A program made the position numbers and the translations under genes. A model generated the notes under the pieces. That model was not told where the DNA came from. It worked only from the letters and a program-made list of their open reading frames with translations, and made no database searches. A stretch of 55,289 nucleotides of DNA from the NCBI GenBank assembly GCA_028869005.1, contig JAGWTJ010000001.1:1-55289 (forward strand), written 5' to 3'. Position 1 is the stretch's first letter. Every line of letters starts with the position of its first letter. The stretch comes from Burkholderiales bacterium (GTDB lineage: Bacteria > Pseudomonadota > Gammaproteobacteria > Burkholderiales > Burkholderiaceae_C). Shown here in pieces: positions 35,384-45,115 of the stretch.

Positions 35384-35854
35384 TCAGTCACGCGGCAGCA
35401 CCTGCACCTCGGCGCGCACCGAGTGGGCGATGTAGCACTCCTCGTGCGCGCGCTGGTGCAGCGCATGCAGCTGGTCGCGATCGGGCGCCCGCTCGCCACC
35501 GAAGACGACCTGCGGCCGCAGCGTCACCGTGGCCATCGCCAGCTTGCCCTGCGCGTTGGCGGCCATCGTGCCGCTCGCCTCGTCGATATAGCGCTCGACG
35601 CGCCAGCCGGCCGCCGCCGCGAGCGACAAAAACCACAGCATGTGACAGCTCGCCAGCGCGGCCACCAACATCTCCTCGGGGTCGACGGCGCCGGCGTCCG
35701 AATACGGCAGCGGCACGCTGGCCGGCGACGACGAGGCCGGCAGCACGACGCCGCCGTCGAACGCGATCGTGTGGCGGCGGCTGTAGCGCTGGTCGGTGAA
35801 CGCTTCCTGCGGCCGGCGCTGCCAGCGCGCGGTCGCGGTGTACGAGTGGGTCAT
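35384..35854 (-). CDS. OsmC/Ohr family protein
   Basis: YSRRH, DPEEMLVAALASCHMLWFL, AHEECYIAHSV. Confidence 0.9.
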   Translation of the reverse strand: MTHSYTATARWQRRPQEAFTDQRYSRRHTIAFDGGVVLPASSSPASVPLPYSDAGAVDPEEMLVAALASCHMLWFLSLAAAAGWRVERYIDEASGTMAANAQGKLAMATVTLRPQVVFGGERAPDRDQLHALHQRAHEECYIAHSVRAEVQVLPRD

Positions 35855-35868
35855 GGTCGACTCGGACG

Positions 35869-37224
35869 CTAACGCACGCCCGCCGCTTCGCGCTCGCCGA
35901 ACTGCGCCATCCAGTGGCGTGTCAGCGGCGACGCCGGCCTGGCCATGCGCCGCTCGTTGACGAGCGCACGGCCCAGCGCGCGCAGCTTGCCACGGGCGGC
36001 AGCGGCCAGCAGCGTCTGATCGACGATGTCGCGCTGCGCGTGGCTGCCGCCGAAGCGATGCGTGATGGCGCGCACCGGATACATCGCTTCGCAGGCGGCC
36101 GCATCGTCGCCGCGCGCGTAGGCCAGCGCGCCGCGCATCAGCGGCAGTCCAACCTCGCGCGCCATCGCATGGTTGCTGCGGCAGGCGTCGGCCGGCGCGA
36201 GCGCGCGCTCGGCGCAGCGCGCGACATGGCGTTCGGCGGCGGCCAGGTCGCCGGCGCCGAGCATGGCGAGCACGGCGTGCAGATCGTTGAACGCGTAGTA
36301 GCCGGCGCCATCGCCATCGAGCGCCCAGTCGTCGACGAGGGCGCGGCAGCGCGCGGCGACGTCTTCGCCGAGCAGATGCAGTCGCCACAGCATCGCCGCC
36401 GCGTCCACGCGCTGCAGCGTGATCTGCAGCGCTTCGCCGCTCAGGTGGTGATCGACGAGGCGCACGACACCGACGCTGTCGAGCGCTTCGAGCCGGAACA
36501 GCGCCTGGTGCCACCACAGGTGGCAGGCGAAGCCGTTGCCCTCGGCCCAGTGCGGCTGATGCAGGCGCAGCCAGCTCGAGCCCTCGTCGAAGCGACCCTG
36601 CATCTCCATCACGTGCGCCACGGCGTGCACGGCCCAGGGCACGCGCGGGTCGGCAGCGAGCGCGCGCCGGCCCGCCTCTTCGGCCTGCGGGTACAGGTTG
36701 CCCTCTTCGAGACCGAACGCGTGCAGCGCGAGCACGCAGGCGTGCAGCGGGTCGGACTCGTCCCATTCGGGCAGCGCGCGCGCCGGGCGCTGACGCAGCG
36801 CGAACGCGTCGCCGCGGTAGTAGTCCCACAGGTGGGCCCACTGCAGCGCCAGCGCGTCGCGCGGATGCTCGACGAGCAGCGCATCCCAGGTGCGGCAGGC
36901 CGCGTGCCAGCGGCCCTCGGCGATCTGTTGCAGCGCCCCGAGATGCGTGCGCTCGCGCGGCGTCGCATCGGCGGCCAGCGCCTCGGCACGCGCCAGATGC
37001 GCGTGCGCCTCGGCGACGAGACCGGGCTCGGTCAGGCTCAGCAGAAAGCCGGCCTTCATCGCGTGCGGTAGCGCCCAGCCGGGGTCGGCGGCGACGGCGT
37101 TGTCCAGATCGGCCAGCGGCGTGTCGTAGAACGACATCATGCGCCACAGCGCGCGCTCGACCGCTGCGCGCGCGGGCTCGCTGCGGCTGCCGCTGGGGTT
37201 GCCGCGCAGGTCGGTGCATGACAT
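35869..37224 (-). CDS. Tetratricopeptide repeat protein (TTC38-like)
   Basis: HPRDALAL, AFGLEE, WAVHAVAHVMEM, HLWWH, GGSHAQRD. Confidence 0.85.
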   Translation of the reverse strand: MSCTDLRGNPSGSRSEPARAAVERALWRMMSFYDTPLADLDNAVAADPGWALPHAMKAGFLLSLTEPGLVAEAHAHLARAEALAADATPRERTHLGALQQIAEGRWHAACRTWDALLVEHPRDALALQWAHLWDYYRGDAFALRQRPARALPEWDESDPLHACVLALHAFGLEEGNLYPQAEEAGRRALAADPRVPWAVHAVAHVMEMQGRFDEGSSWLRLHQPHWAEGNGFACHLWWHQALFRLEALDSVGVVRLVDHHLSGEALQITLQRVDAAAMLWRLHLLGEDVAARCRALVDDWALDGDGAGYYAFNDLHAVLAMLGAGDLAAAERHVARCAERALAPADACRSNHAMAREVGLPLMRGALAYARGDDAAACEAMYPVRAITHRFGGSHAQRDIVDQTLLAAAARGKLRALGRALVNERRMARPASPLTRHWMAQFGEREAAGVR

Positions 37225-37308
37225 GCCGCGAATGTAGCGCGCCGGCGGTGCGGGGCGCGGCCGCTGCCGCGGGTACTGCCGGCGTTGCCGCTGCGGTCGT
37301 CCCCGCGC

Positions 37309-38709
37309 CTACGCGGCCGGCGGCTCGGGCCAGGGCCGCAGCGCGCCGGCCGGGCGCATCCGCTCCCAGGCACGCGCCAGGCGCAGCACGCCGAGATCGT
37401 CGTGCCTGCGGCCGGCGATCTGCAGCCCGATCGGCGCGCCGTTCGAGTGGTGCGCGCAGGGCACGCTGAGCGCCGGCTGCTCGCTCATGTTGTACGGCAG
37501 CGTGAACGCGATGTGCTCCATCGCGCGCGCCGGGTCGTTGGTCGGCATCGCGTGCTCGGCCGGAAAGCTGGCCAGCGGCGCCACCGGCGAGAGCACGTAA
37601 TCGAAGGGCTGGCAGGCCGCCACGCTCGCATCGCGCAGCGCCGCGAACTGGCTGAAGCCGTGGAACAGTTCGGCGGCGCTGGCGCGCGCGCCGCCCTCGA
37701 CCCATTGGCGGATGAAAGGCAGCACGCGCTGCTGGCGCTCGTTCGGCAAGGCCGAGATGTCGAGCCAGCTGCGCACGCGCCAGAACAGGTCGATGCCGTC
37801 GGCCATCGCGCGCGTCGAGAACGGTGCGAGCGGCTCGACGACGGCGCCGGCCTGCTCGAACAGGCGTGCGGCCTGCGTCACCGCGGCAAGGATCTCGGCG
37901 TCGCAGGCCAGACCCCAGCCGGCATCGAGCAGCAGCCCGATGCGCAGGCCGCGCACGTCGGCGTCGAGCGCTCTCCAGTCGATGGCCTGCGGCGGCAGGC
38001 TGGTCGCGTCGCGCCAGTCGGCTTGCGCGACGACGGCCATCAGCGCCGCCGCGTCTTCCACGCTGCGCGTCATCGGCCCGGCGACGCGGCCGATGTAGGG
38101 CGGCTTGATCGGCACGCGACCCCCGCTCGGCTTGAAGCCGACGACGCCGCACCAGGCGGCCGGTAGCCGGATCGAGCCGCCGATGTCGGTGCCCAGGTGC
38201 AGCGGCCCGTAGCCGGCGGCCGCCGCGGCACCCGCACCGGCGCTGCTGCCACCCGGGTTGGTGGCCAGGTTCCACGGATTGCGCGCCAGCGCGTGAAAGC
38301 TCGACAGACCCGACGACAACATGCCGTAGTCGGGCATCGTCGTCTTGGCCAGCAGCACGGCGCCGGCCTCGCGCAACCGCGCCGCGGGCGGCGCGTCCGC
38401 GGCGGCCGGCACGAGCTCGGTGGACGCCGTGCCCAGCGGCACCGCAAGTCCGCGCGTGGCGATGTTGTCCTTGAGCGTGAGCGGCACGCCGTCCAGCGGC
38501 GACCACGCCTGCCCCGCGCGCCAGCGCGCCTCGGACGCGCGGGCCTGCGCCAGTACCGCATCGGCCGAGTACGCCCACAGCGCGTGCAGGCGCGGCTCCC
38601 AGCGCTCGATGCGCGCGATCACGGCGCGCGCCACGTCCAGCGGCGACAGCTCGCTGCGCGCATACAGCGCCGCCAGCTCGCGCGCGCCCAGCTCATACAA
38701 GGCGGTCAT
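37309..38709 (-). CDS. Amidase (amidase-signature family)
   Basis: LDGVPLTLKD, RNPW, PGGSSAGAGAA, GTDIGGSIRLPA. Confidence 0.93.
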   Translation of the reverse strand: MTALYELGARELAALYARSELSPLDVARAVIARIERWEPRLHALWAYSADAVLAQARASEARWRAGQAWSPLDGVPLTLKDNIATRGLAVPLGTASTELVPAAADAPPAARLREAGAVLLAKTTMPDYGMLSSGLSSFHALARNPWNLATNPGGSSAGAGAAAAAGYGPLHLGTDIGGSIRLPAAWCGVVGFKPSGGRVPIKPPYIGRVAGPMTRSVEDAAALMAVVAQADWRDATSLPPQAIDWRALDADVRGLRIGLLLDAGWGLACDAEILAAVTQAARLFEQAGAVVEPLAPFSTRAMADGIDLFWRVRSWLDISALPNERQQRVLPFIRQWVEGGARASAAELFHGFSQFAALRDASVAACQPFDYVLSPVAPLASFPAEHAMPTNDPARAMEHIAFTLPYNMSEQPALSVPCAHHSNGAPIGLQIAGRRHDDLGVLRLARAWERMRPAGALRPWPEPPAA

Positions 38710-39191
38710 CGGCGATGCTTCTCCAGATAGCGTTGCAGTTGCTGACCGGCCTTGTGCTGCACACGCTGCTGCAACCACGACGACCAGCCGAGCAGCAGCC
38801 CCGGCGCGCCCAGCGCCTGGCGCGCCCAGCGCCAGAACGCGAAGTCGTCGCGGTGGCGCACGATGAGGGCGTCGTCGTCGAAGTCGAACCGGGCATCGAC
38901 CCGGTTGTGCACCTTGCGGCCGGCCTCGCCGAAGCGGTAGTGCGCCTCCCAGTGGGCGCGGCCCTTGGCGGCACTGGTGCGGACATCACTGAGTTCGAGC
39001 TTCCACTGGCCGATGCCGCGCATGCGCGCGTTCTCGCACAGCATGCGCCACATGCCGCCGATCTGGCGCCGGCCGGCGAGCCTGAACACCGGATCCTCGA
39101 AGCGCGCCTTCTCGGCGTAGCACGCCTCCATGCCGGCGCCGTCGAGATTGGCGAAGGCGCCGTAGAGACGCTCGATCGTCTGCCTGCTCAT
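38706..39191 (-). CDS. NTF2/SnoaL-like protein
   Basis: MEACY..ARFEDPVF, MWRML, WEAHYRF, GRKVHN, HRDDF.FWRWARQALG; ATGA overlap with amidase. Confidence 0.87.
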   Translation of the reverse strand: MSRQTIERLYGAFANLDGAGMEACYAEKARFEDPVFRLAGRRQIGGMWRMLCENARMRGIGQWKLELSDVRTSAAKGRAHWEAHYRFGEAGRKVHNRVDARFDFDDDALIVRHRDDFAFWRWARQALGAPGLLLGWSSWLQQRVQHKAGQQLQRYLEKHRR

Positions 39192-39226
39192 CACCCGCCC
39201 TCCGACACGCTGCGTGTCATGCGTCT

Positions 39227-39304
39227 TCAGGCCGAGGGCGGCCACGCAGCGGCCAGCGGCAGGCTGCACAGCGGGGCGTTCACGGTACGTCGGTCGGCGG
39301 CCAT
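39227..39304 (-). pseudogene. 25-aa ORF, possible signal-peptide remnant of an ABC substrate-binding protein
   Basis: GAGGGGGAG RBS, MAADRRTVNAPLCSLPLAAAWPPSA*; twin-Arg followed by a hydrophobic stretch; immediately downstream of the ABC ATPases. Confidence 0.35.
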
Positions 39305-39411
39305 CGTCAGCTCCCCCTCGGTGGTCGACGCAGGACCATTCTGCGGCCAAGCGCGACGGCGCAGGAATCCCCTGTCCGCATCGGCCAGCAGCGCCGTGCC
39401 GGGGCCGCCGC

Positions 39412-40194
39412 TCAGCGTCCGGGCACGGCCGCGAGCAGCCGCTGCGTGTAGGCGTGCTGCGGCGCGCGGAACATCTCGTGCGGATGTCCGCGCTCGACGA
39501 CTTTCCCGTGCTGCAGCACGAGGACCTCGTCGCACACCAGCTCCACCACCGCCAGGTCGTGGCTGATGAACAGATAGGTGACGCCGAAGCGCTCCTGCAG
39601 GTCCTGCATCAGGTTGAGCACCTGCGCCTGCACGCTCACGTCGAGCGCGCTCACCGGCTCGTCGGCGACGATCAGTTCGGGCCGCGTGACGAAGGCGCGC
39701 GCGATGGCGATGCGCTGGCGCTGGCCGCCGCTGAACTCGTGCGGGTACTTGCCGAGGTCGCCGGCGCGCAGGCCGACGGCGGCTAGCATCTCGGCAGCGC
39801 GCTCGCGCTGCTCGGCCTTGCCGGCACCGCGCAGCACCGCCAGCGGCTCGGCCACCGTCTGCAGCACCGTGCGGCGCGGGTCGAGCGAGCCGTACGGATC
39901 CTGGAACACCATCTGCAGCCGCGCGCGCGCACGGCGCAGCGCCGTCGCGTCGAGCGCGTGCAGATCGGCGCCGTCGAGCAGCACGCGGCCGCGGGTGGGC
40001 GTCTCGAGCGCCATCACCAAGCGCGCCAGCGTGCTCTTGCCCGAGCCGGACTCGCCGACGATGCCCAGGCTGCGACCGGCCTGCAGCGTGAAGCTCACGC
40101 CGTCGAGCGCCTGCACCTCGGGCGCCACGGACAAGAGGCTCTGGCGCGGCAGCCGATAGCGCTTGCCGACGTCTTCGACGGCGAGCAGCGTCAT
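39412..40194 (-). CDS. Peptide/nickel ABC transporter ATP-binding protein (DppF-like)
   Basis: GESGSGKST, VFQDPYGSLDPR, YPHEFSGGQRQRIAIARA, ADEPVSALD, ISHDL. Confidence 0.93.
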   Translation of the reverse strand: MTLLAVEDVGKRYRLPRQSLLSVAPEVQALDGVSFTLQAGRSLGIVGESGSGKSTLARLVMALETPTRGRVLLDGADLHALDATALRRARARLQMVFQDPYGSLDPRRTVLQTVAEPLAVLRGAGKAEQRERAAEMLAAVGLRAGDLGKYPHEFSGGQRQRIAIARAFVTRPELIVADEPVSALDVSVQAQVLNLMQDLQERFGVTYLFISHDLAVVELVCDEVLVLQHGKVVERGHPHEMFRAPQHAYTQRLLAAVPGR

Positions 40195-41198
40195 GCCGCC
40201 GCCCCCTCCGCGCCCGCCGCCGCATTCACGACCGCGTCCACCTCCAGGCGCAGGCAGCGCGCCTCGTGGCCGGCGCCCAGCGCCACCGGCTCCGGCAGCG
40301 CGACACGGCACGCCGGGACGACGCGCGGGCAGCGATCGGCGAACGGGCAGCCGACGGGCAGGTCGGCCAGATCGGGCACACGGCCGGGGATGGTGGCCAG
40401 CCGCGTGCCGCGCGCCAGCCCCAGACGCGGCCGCGCGGCGAACAGCCCGATCGTGTAGGGATGGGCGCGGCGCGCGAACACCTCGGCCGTCGGACCGGAT
40501 TCGGACATCGTGCCGCCGTACATCACGAACAGGCGCTGCACGCGATCGGCCATCACGCCCAGGTTGTGGCTGATGAGCACGAGGCCCATGCCGCTGTCGC
40601 GCACCAGCTCGTCGATCAGGTCGAGCACCTCGCGCTGGATCGTCACGTCGAGGGCCGTCGTCGGTTCGTCGGCGACCAGCAGATCGGGCCCGCAGGCCAG
40701 CGCGATGGCGATCACCACGCGCTGGCGCTGGCCACCCGAGAGCTGGTGCGGATGCGCGTCGAGCCGCGCGCGCGCCTGCGGAAGTTGCACGCGTTCGAGC
40801 AGCCGCAGCGCCTCGGCGCGCGCCGTGCGGGCATCGAGCCCCTTGTGCAGGCGCAGCGACTCGGCGATCTGGTGGCCCACCGTGTGCAGCGGGTTGAGCG
40901 CCGACATCGGCTCCTGGAACACCATGCCGATGCGGTTGCCGCGCAGCCGGCACCAGGCGGCTTCGTCCAGCGTCGTGAGCTCGGTGCCGTCGAAGCGGAT
41001 CGAGCCGGCGACCTCGGCGCCCTCGGGCAGCAGCCCCATCAGCGCCAACGCCGTGATCGACTTGCCGCAGCCCGACTCGCCGATCAGGCCGATCGTTTCG
41101 CCGCGTGCCATCGAGAACGACACCTCGCGCAGCGCATCGGCGGGGCCGCGCGCGGTCTGCAGCGTGACGCGCAGGTCGCGCACTTCGAGCAGGGGCAT
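40191..41198 (-). CDS. Peptide/nickel ABC transporter ATP-binding protein (DppD-like)
   Basis: GESGCGKS, VFQEPMSALNP, HQLSGGQRQRV, ADEPTTALD, HPYT, GCPFADRC. Confidence 0.93.
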   Translation of the reverse strand: MPLLEVRDLRVTLQTARGPADALREVSFSMARGETIGLIGESGCGKSITALALMGLLPEGAEVAGSIRFDGTELTTLDEAAWCRLRGNRIGMVFQEPMSALNPLHTVGHQIAESLRLHKGLDARTARAEALRLLERVQLPQARARLDAHPHQLSGGQRQRVVIAIALACGPDLLVADEPTTALDVTIQREVLDLIDELVRDSGMGLVLISHNLGVMADRVQRLFVMYGGTMSESGPTAEVFARRAHPYTIGLFAARPRLGLARGTRLATIPGRVPDLADLPVGCPFADRCPRVVPACRVALPEPVALGAGHEARCLRLEVDAVVNAAAGAEGAAA

Positions 41199-41225
41199 GG
41201 GGCGACGATAGCGCGGCCGCGCGGC

Positions 41226-42401
41226 TCAGGCCGACTCGTACAGCCGCGTCAGCACGAACTCGCGATGGCCCAGCGCCTCGGCTGCCGTCAGGCGCCCGTT
41301 GGCCGTGCGCAGCATGTTCGCGAGCAGCCGCTCGCCGGCTTCGTCGAGCGTCATCTCGCGCTGCAACAGCCCGCTCACGTCGACGTCGATGTGCTCGCTC
41401 ATCGTGCGCACGGTGCGCGGGTTGGCGCAGATCTTGATCACCGGCAGGATCGGGTTGCCGATCACGTTGCCCTGGCCGGTGGGAAAGAAGTGCAGCGCGT
41501 AGCCGCTGGCCGCGCACAGCGTCACCATCTCGGCGGCGGCACTCGACGAATCCATGAACCACAGCCCCGGGTGCGTCGGCATCTCGGCCTTGTCGAGCAC
41601 GCCGTCGACGGTGCACTTCTTGCCGATCTTCTGGATGTTGCCCAGCGCCTTTTCCTCGATCGTCGTCAGGCCGCCGGCGATGTTGCCCTTGGTCGGCTGG
41701 CTGTCGGACAGGTCGCTCGTCTTGTGGCGCTCGATGACCTGCTGGTAGCGCTCGAACATGGCCATGAAGCGCTCGCGCACCGCGTCGCTGGCGCAGCGCG
41801 CGGCGACGATCTGCTCGCCGCCGGTGAGCTCGGTGGTCTCGCCGAAGCACAGCGTGCTGCCCAGCGCGTGCAGCTTGTCGAAGGCGTTGCCCACCGCCGG
41901 ATTGGCGCCGCAGCCGCTGGTGGTGTCGCTCTCGCCGCACTTGGTGCTGACCCACAGCTCGGCGACCTCGCAGCGCTCGCGCTGCTGCTCGCTCGCCCAC
42001 TGCACGAACCCGCGCGCCGCCTTGCTGGCGCGCAGGATGGTGTCGTGGTCACCGTGCAGCTCGATGCCGAAGCCGGCCACCGGCTTGCCGGTGGCGGCGA
42101 TACCGTCGACCACCTTCTGCGTCCAGCCCTCCTCGATGCCGATCACCACCACCGCCGCGACGTTGGGGTTGCAGCCAGTGCCGATCAGCGTGCGGAAGTG
42201 CAGTTCGAGGTCGGCGCCGAACTGCAGCCGCCCGTACGGATGCGGGATCGCCATGCAGCCCTTGATGTGCTGCGCCACCGCCTCGGCCGCGGCGTTGGAC
42301 AGGTCGTCCAGCGGCAGCACGATGACGTGGTTGCGCACGCCCACGCGCCCGTTCTCGCGCCGGTAGCCGAGGAAGGGGGTGTCCTTGTTCACGATGCCCA
42401 T
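41226..42401 (-). CDS. suyB: UxaA family lyase, probable (R)-sulfolactate sulfo-lyase beta subunit
   Basis: [54 protein letters not shown]; split from its SAF subunit as in SuyAB. Confidence 0.8.
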   Translation of the reverse strand: MGIVNKDTPFLGYRRENGRVGVRNHVIVLPLDDLSNAAAEAVAQHIKGCMAIPHPYGRLQFGADLELHFRTLIGTGCNPNVAAVVVIGIEEGWTQKVVDGIAATGKPVAGFGIELHGDHDTILRASKAARGFVQWASEQQRERCEVAELWVSTKCGESDTTSGCGANPAVGNAFDKLHALGSTLCFGETTELTGGEQIVAARCASDAVRERFMAMFERYQQVIERHKTSDLSDSQPTKGNIAGGLTTIEEKALGNIQKIGKKCTVDGVLDKAEMPTHPGLWFMDSSSAAAEMVTLCAASGYALHFFPTGQGNVIGNPILPVIKICANPRTVRTMSEHIDVDVSGLLQREMTLDEAGERLLANMLRTANGRLTAAEALGHREFVLTRLYESA

Positions 42402-42407
42402 GGCGCT

Positions 42408-42689
42408 TCACCACCTCTTGGTCTTGATGTTGTGCACGTGCGCATGCTCGCCGGCGCGGATCGGTGCCACCACCCTGCCGATGTCGATGCCGTACTTCAG
42501 CACGGTGTCGCCGACCGCCATGTCGGCGAGCGCGACCTTGTGGCCGATCGGGATGTCCTGGCGGCACTGCAACTGCACGCGGCGGTCGTCGTCCATGATC
42601 CAGCCGTCCAGCGTCATGCCGGCCTGCACGCCTTCGACGACGACCACGGCGACGGTGTCGCGGGCGTCGTGCAACACGAAGTGAATCAT
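42408..42689 (-). CDS. suyA: SAF-domain subunit, probable sulfolactate sulfo-lyase alpha subunit
   Basis: MIHFVLHD..D.VAVVVVEGVQAG, IPIGHKVAL, GEHAHVHNIKTKRW; AGGAG RBS. Confidence 0.8.
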   Translation of the reverse strand: MIHFVLHDARDTVAVVVVEGVQAGMTLDGWIMDDDRRVQLQCRQDIPIGHKVALADMAVGDTVLKYGIDIGRVVAPIRAGEHAHVHNIKTKRW

Positions 42690-42831
42690 CTGCGGGGTCT
42701 CCTTCGGGGGCGCCGCCGGCGCGCTTCCGCCCGACACGTGATCTCGGCACAGCGGGGGCGCGCCGACTCACGCAGCGCAGGGCGGGTTTGCCTGGGCACG
42801 ATGGCCGCAGTGTGCCAGCGTGTGTGCCCCG

Positions 42832-43818
42832 CTATGCGGCGCCGGTCACTGTGCTTGCCGTTGCGCCGTAGCCCAGCGCACGCAGAGCCGCTGCCATGGC
42901 CTCGGCCACCGGCGTCTCCACCAATGGCCCCATCGCCGCCTGCAGCGCCGTGCCATCCAGCCGGTGCGGCACGCGCCACAGATAGCTCATGGCCACCAGC
43001 TCGCGCATCATCGGCCACACCGGCGCGAGCAGGCGCAGCAGGGCCCAGGGCATGTTGGCGCGTCGGAACCCGCCGGCCGGTCGCAGGCCCAGTGGCGCTG
43101 CGGCGGCCTCGACGGCGGCTAGCAGTTCGTTCCCGGTCAGCGTGTGGCCCGCGAAGTGCAGCCGGCGATGCGGCGTCGCGTGGTCGTCGTGCGCGGCGAC
43201 GGCGACGAAGGCGCGGGCGAGGTCGGGCAGGTAGGCCCAGGCATGCGGCACGTCCGGCGGACCGGGATAGACCAGCTTGCCGGCGCGCAGCGACTTGACG
43301 ACGACGAGATCGAGCCAGGAACCGTGTCCGCCGCCGTAGAAGTCGCCGGCGCGGATCGCCACGCTGCGCAGCCGGCCGGTGGCGGCGCGCTCGCGCAACT
43401 CGGCTTCGAGCGCCACGCGCAGCCGGCCCTTGACGGTGGTGGGACGCTCGGGCGTGTCCTCGCGCAGCACGGCGGGCATGCCTTCGCCGTAGCCGTAGAC
43501 GTTGCCCGGCAGCATGAAGAGCGCGCCCAGCCGCTCGGCCAGCGCCATGCCCTGGCGCGCCAGCGGCAGCATCTGCCGGTCCCATTGCGTATACGGCGGA
43601 TTGACGGCGTAGACCACGGCGCGCACGCCGGCGGCCGCGCGCGCCATCGCGTCGATGTCGTCGAGCGCGACCTTGACGCGCTGCGCGCCGGACGGCAGTG
43701 CCGCGTCGGCGCGGCGCAGTTGCGCGTGCACCTGCCAACTGGCGGCGGCAAAGGCCTGGGCGGCCGCCAGGCCGAGGCGCCCGGCGGCGCCGAGCACGAG
43801 GACGGAGGGACGGTTCAT
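42832..43818 (-). CDS. NAD-dependent epimerase/dehydratase family protein
   Basis: VLGAAGRLG, NPPY, PGNVYGYG, IRAGDFYG, HAWAYLPDLA. Confidence 0.88.
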   Translation of the reverse strand: MNRPSVLVLGAAGRLGLAAAQAFAAASWQVHAQLRRADAALPSGAQRVKVALDDIDAMARAAAGVRAVVYAVNPPYTQWDRQMLPLARQGMALAERLGALFMLPGNVYGYGEGMPAVLREDTPERPTTVKGRLRVALEAELRERAATGRLRSVAIRAGDFYGGGHGSWLDLVVVKSLRAGKLVYPGPPDVPHAWAYLPDLARAFVAVAAHDDHATPHRRLHFAGHTLTGNELLAAVEAAAAPLGLRPAGGFRRANMPWALLRLLAPVWPMMRELVAMSYLWRVPHRLDGTALQAAMGPLVETPVAEAMAAALRALGYGATASTVTGAA

Positions 43819-43912
43819 CGAGCGCTCCCGCAGCGTGTACCGTGGCCCAGTGTGGGCCTGTAGCCGTCATGCCGCAAGCACCGATGAATGCATGACAGCT
43901 ATACATTTACGC

Positions 43913-44578
43913 ATGGGTAAGGAAGGCTTCGACTGGACGCTGGCGAGGAGCTTTCTCGCCGTCCTCGACGCCGGCAGCCTGAGCGCCGCGGCGCAGCGCC
44001 TGCACTTGCAGCAGCCGACACTGCCGCGCCATGTCGCCGCGTTCGAGGCGCAGCTCGGCACGCCGCTGTTCGAGCGCAGCGGCCGCGGCATGGTGCCGAC
44101 CGCCGCGGCTCAGGCGATCGCCGCTGCCGCACGCCGCATGGAGCAGGGTGCCGCGGCGCTGCAGCAGCAGTTGCGCCGGCGGCGCGAGGCGACGCGCGGC
44201 ACGGTGCGCGTCACCACCAGCGAGGTCGCGGCGAGCTGGCTGCTGCCGCCGGTGCTGGCGTCGCTGCGCGAGGCCGACATCGCGGTGCGCATGGTGCGTC
44301 CGGCGCAGGCTTCGCTGGTGGCGCGCGAGCAGGTCGTGCTGCGCACCGACGATCAGCGCGCCTAAGTGGCGTTGGTGGCGGCGGGTGCCGGCATCGGCTT
44401 CGTCGCGCGCTACACGCTGCGCCACTTCAGCGGTGTGCTGCCGGTGCTGCCGCAGTTGAAGATCGCGCCGCTGCCGTGCTGGCTGGCGGTGCACCGCGAG
44501 ATCCGCGCCAGCGCACTGGTGCGGCGCGTCTACGACTTCCTCGCCGCGGCGCTGCCGCACGAACTCGCGCGCGGCTGA
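43913..44578 (+). pseudogene. LysR family regulator pseudogene
   Basis: HTH FDWTLARSFLAVLDAGSLSAAA; in-frame TAA at 44363-44365 with the LysR C-terminus continuing in the same frame; about 221 codons versus about 300 typical, with two apparent in-frame deletions. Confidence 0.85.
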
Positions 44579-44613
44579 GCGCAATCGGCGGGGCGCCCGG
44601 AGCTGATGAGCTC

Positions 44614-44991
44614 TCAGCGCCGCCGCCAATAGCCCCCGCGCCAACGCCAGCCCTGACCGTGGCGGGACCAATAGCCCGGCGCCCACACGCGGCCGGGCGG
44701 GGGCACCGCCCAGCGGCCGCCGACCCAGACGTAGCGGTTGAGATTCCACGCCCAGTAGCCGCCGAGCCACACATAGCCCGCACCTGGCGCCGCCGGCGCG
44801 ACTTCGTACTGCGGCATCGGCGGTGCGCTGTCGGCGACGGGGCCTTCGACCGGTTCGTAGGGGCCGCCGTCGTACAGCGGGGCCACCACGCAGCCGGCGC
44901 CCAACGCCGCCGTCGCGGCGACCGCGGCACCGGCACCCAGTCGGGCCACCCGGTGCAGGAACAGGCGACGCCCGGAAGCGATCGGATTCAT
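44614..44991 (-). CDS. YXWGXW repeat-containing lipoprotein
   Basis: RRLFL twin-Arg-like signal, GAGCVVAP lipobox, GYVWLGGYW / YVWVGGRW / VWAPGYW / WRWRGGYW repeats. Start 44991 or 44997. Confidence 0.87.
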   Translation of the reverse strand: MNPIASGRRLFLHRVARLGAGAAVAATAALGAGCVVAPLYDGGPYEPVEGPVADSAPPMPQYEVAPAAPGAGYVWLGGYWAWNLNRYVWVGGRWAVPPPGRVWAPGYWSRHGQGWRWRGGYWRRR

Positions 44992-45100
44992 GCGCAATCT
45001 CCATGCAGCGCCGACGCGCCGCGCCGGGATGGTGCGCCGCCTCGTCCTGCCCTTGCTTCAACGTGCGTATTGCGCGCGACGGCGACCGGCGCGCCGCGCG

Positions 45101-45115
45101 TTTGCAAGCCTTTAC
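45101..45115 (-). promoter_or_regulatory. Possible CpxR/OmpR-family direct-repeat box
   Basis: Minus strand GTAAA-GGCTT-GCAAA versus CpxR consensus GTAAA-N5-GTAAA, upstream of the YXWGXW gene. Confidence 0.4.

Noticed and set aside
44363-44365. Programmed readthrough or recoding at the LysR internal stop
   Set aside because: The codon is TAA, not TGA or TAG, and the gene carries other lesions; simple decay is more likely.
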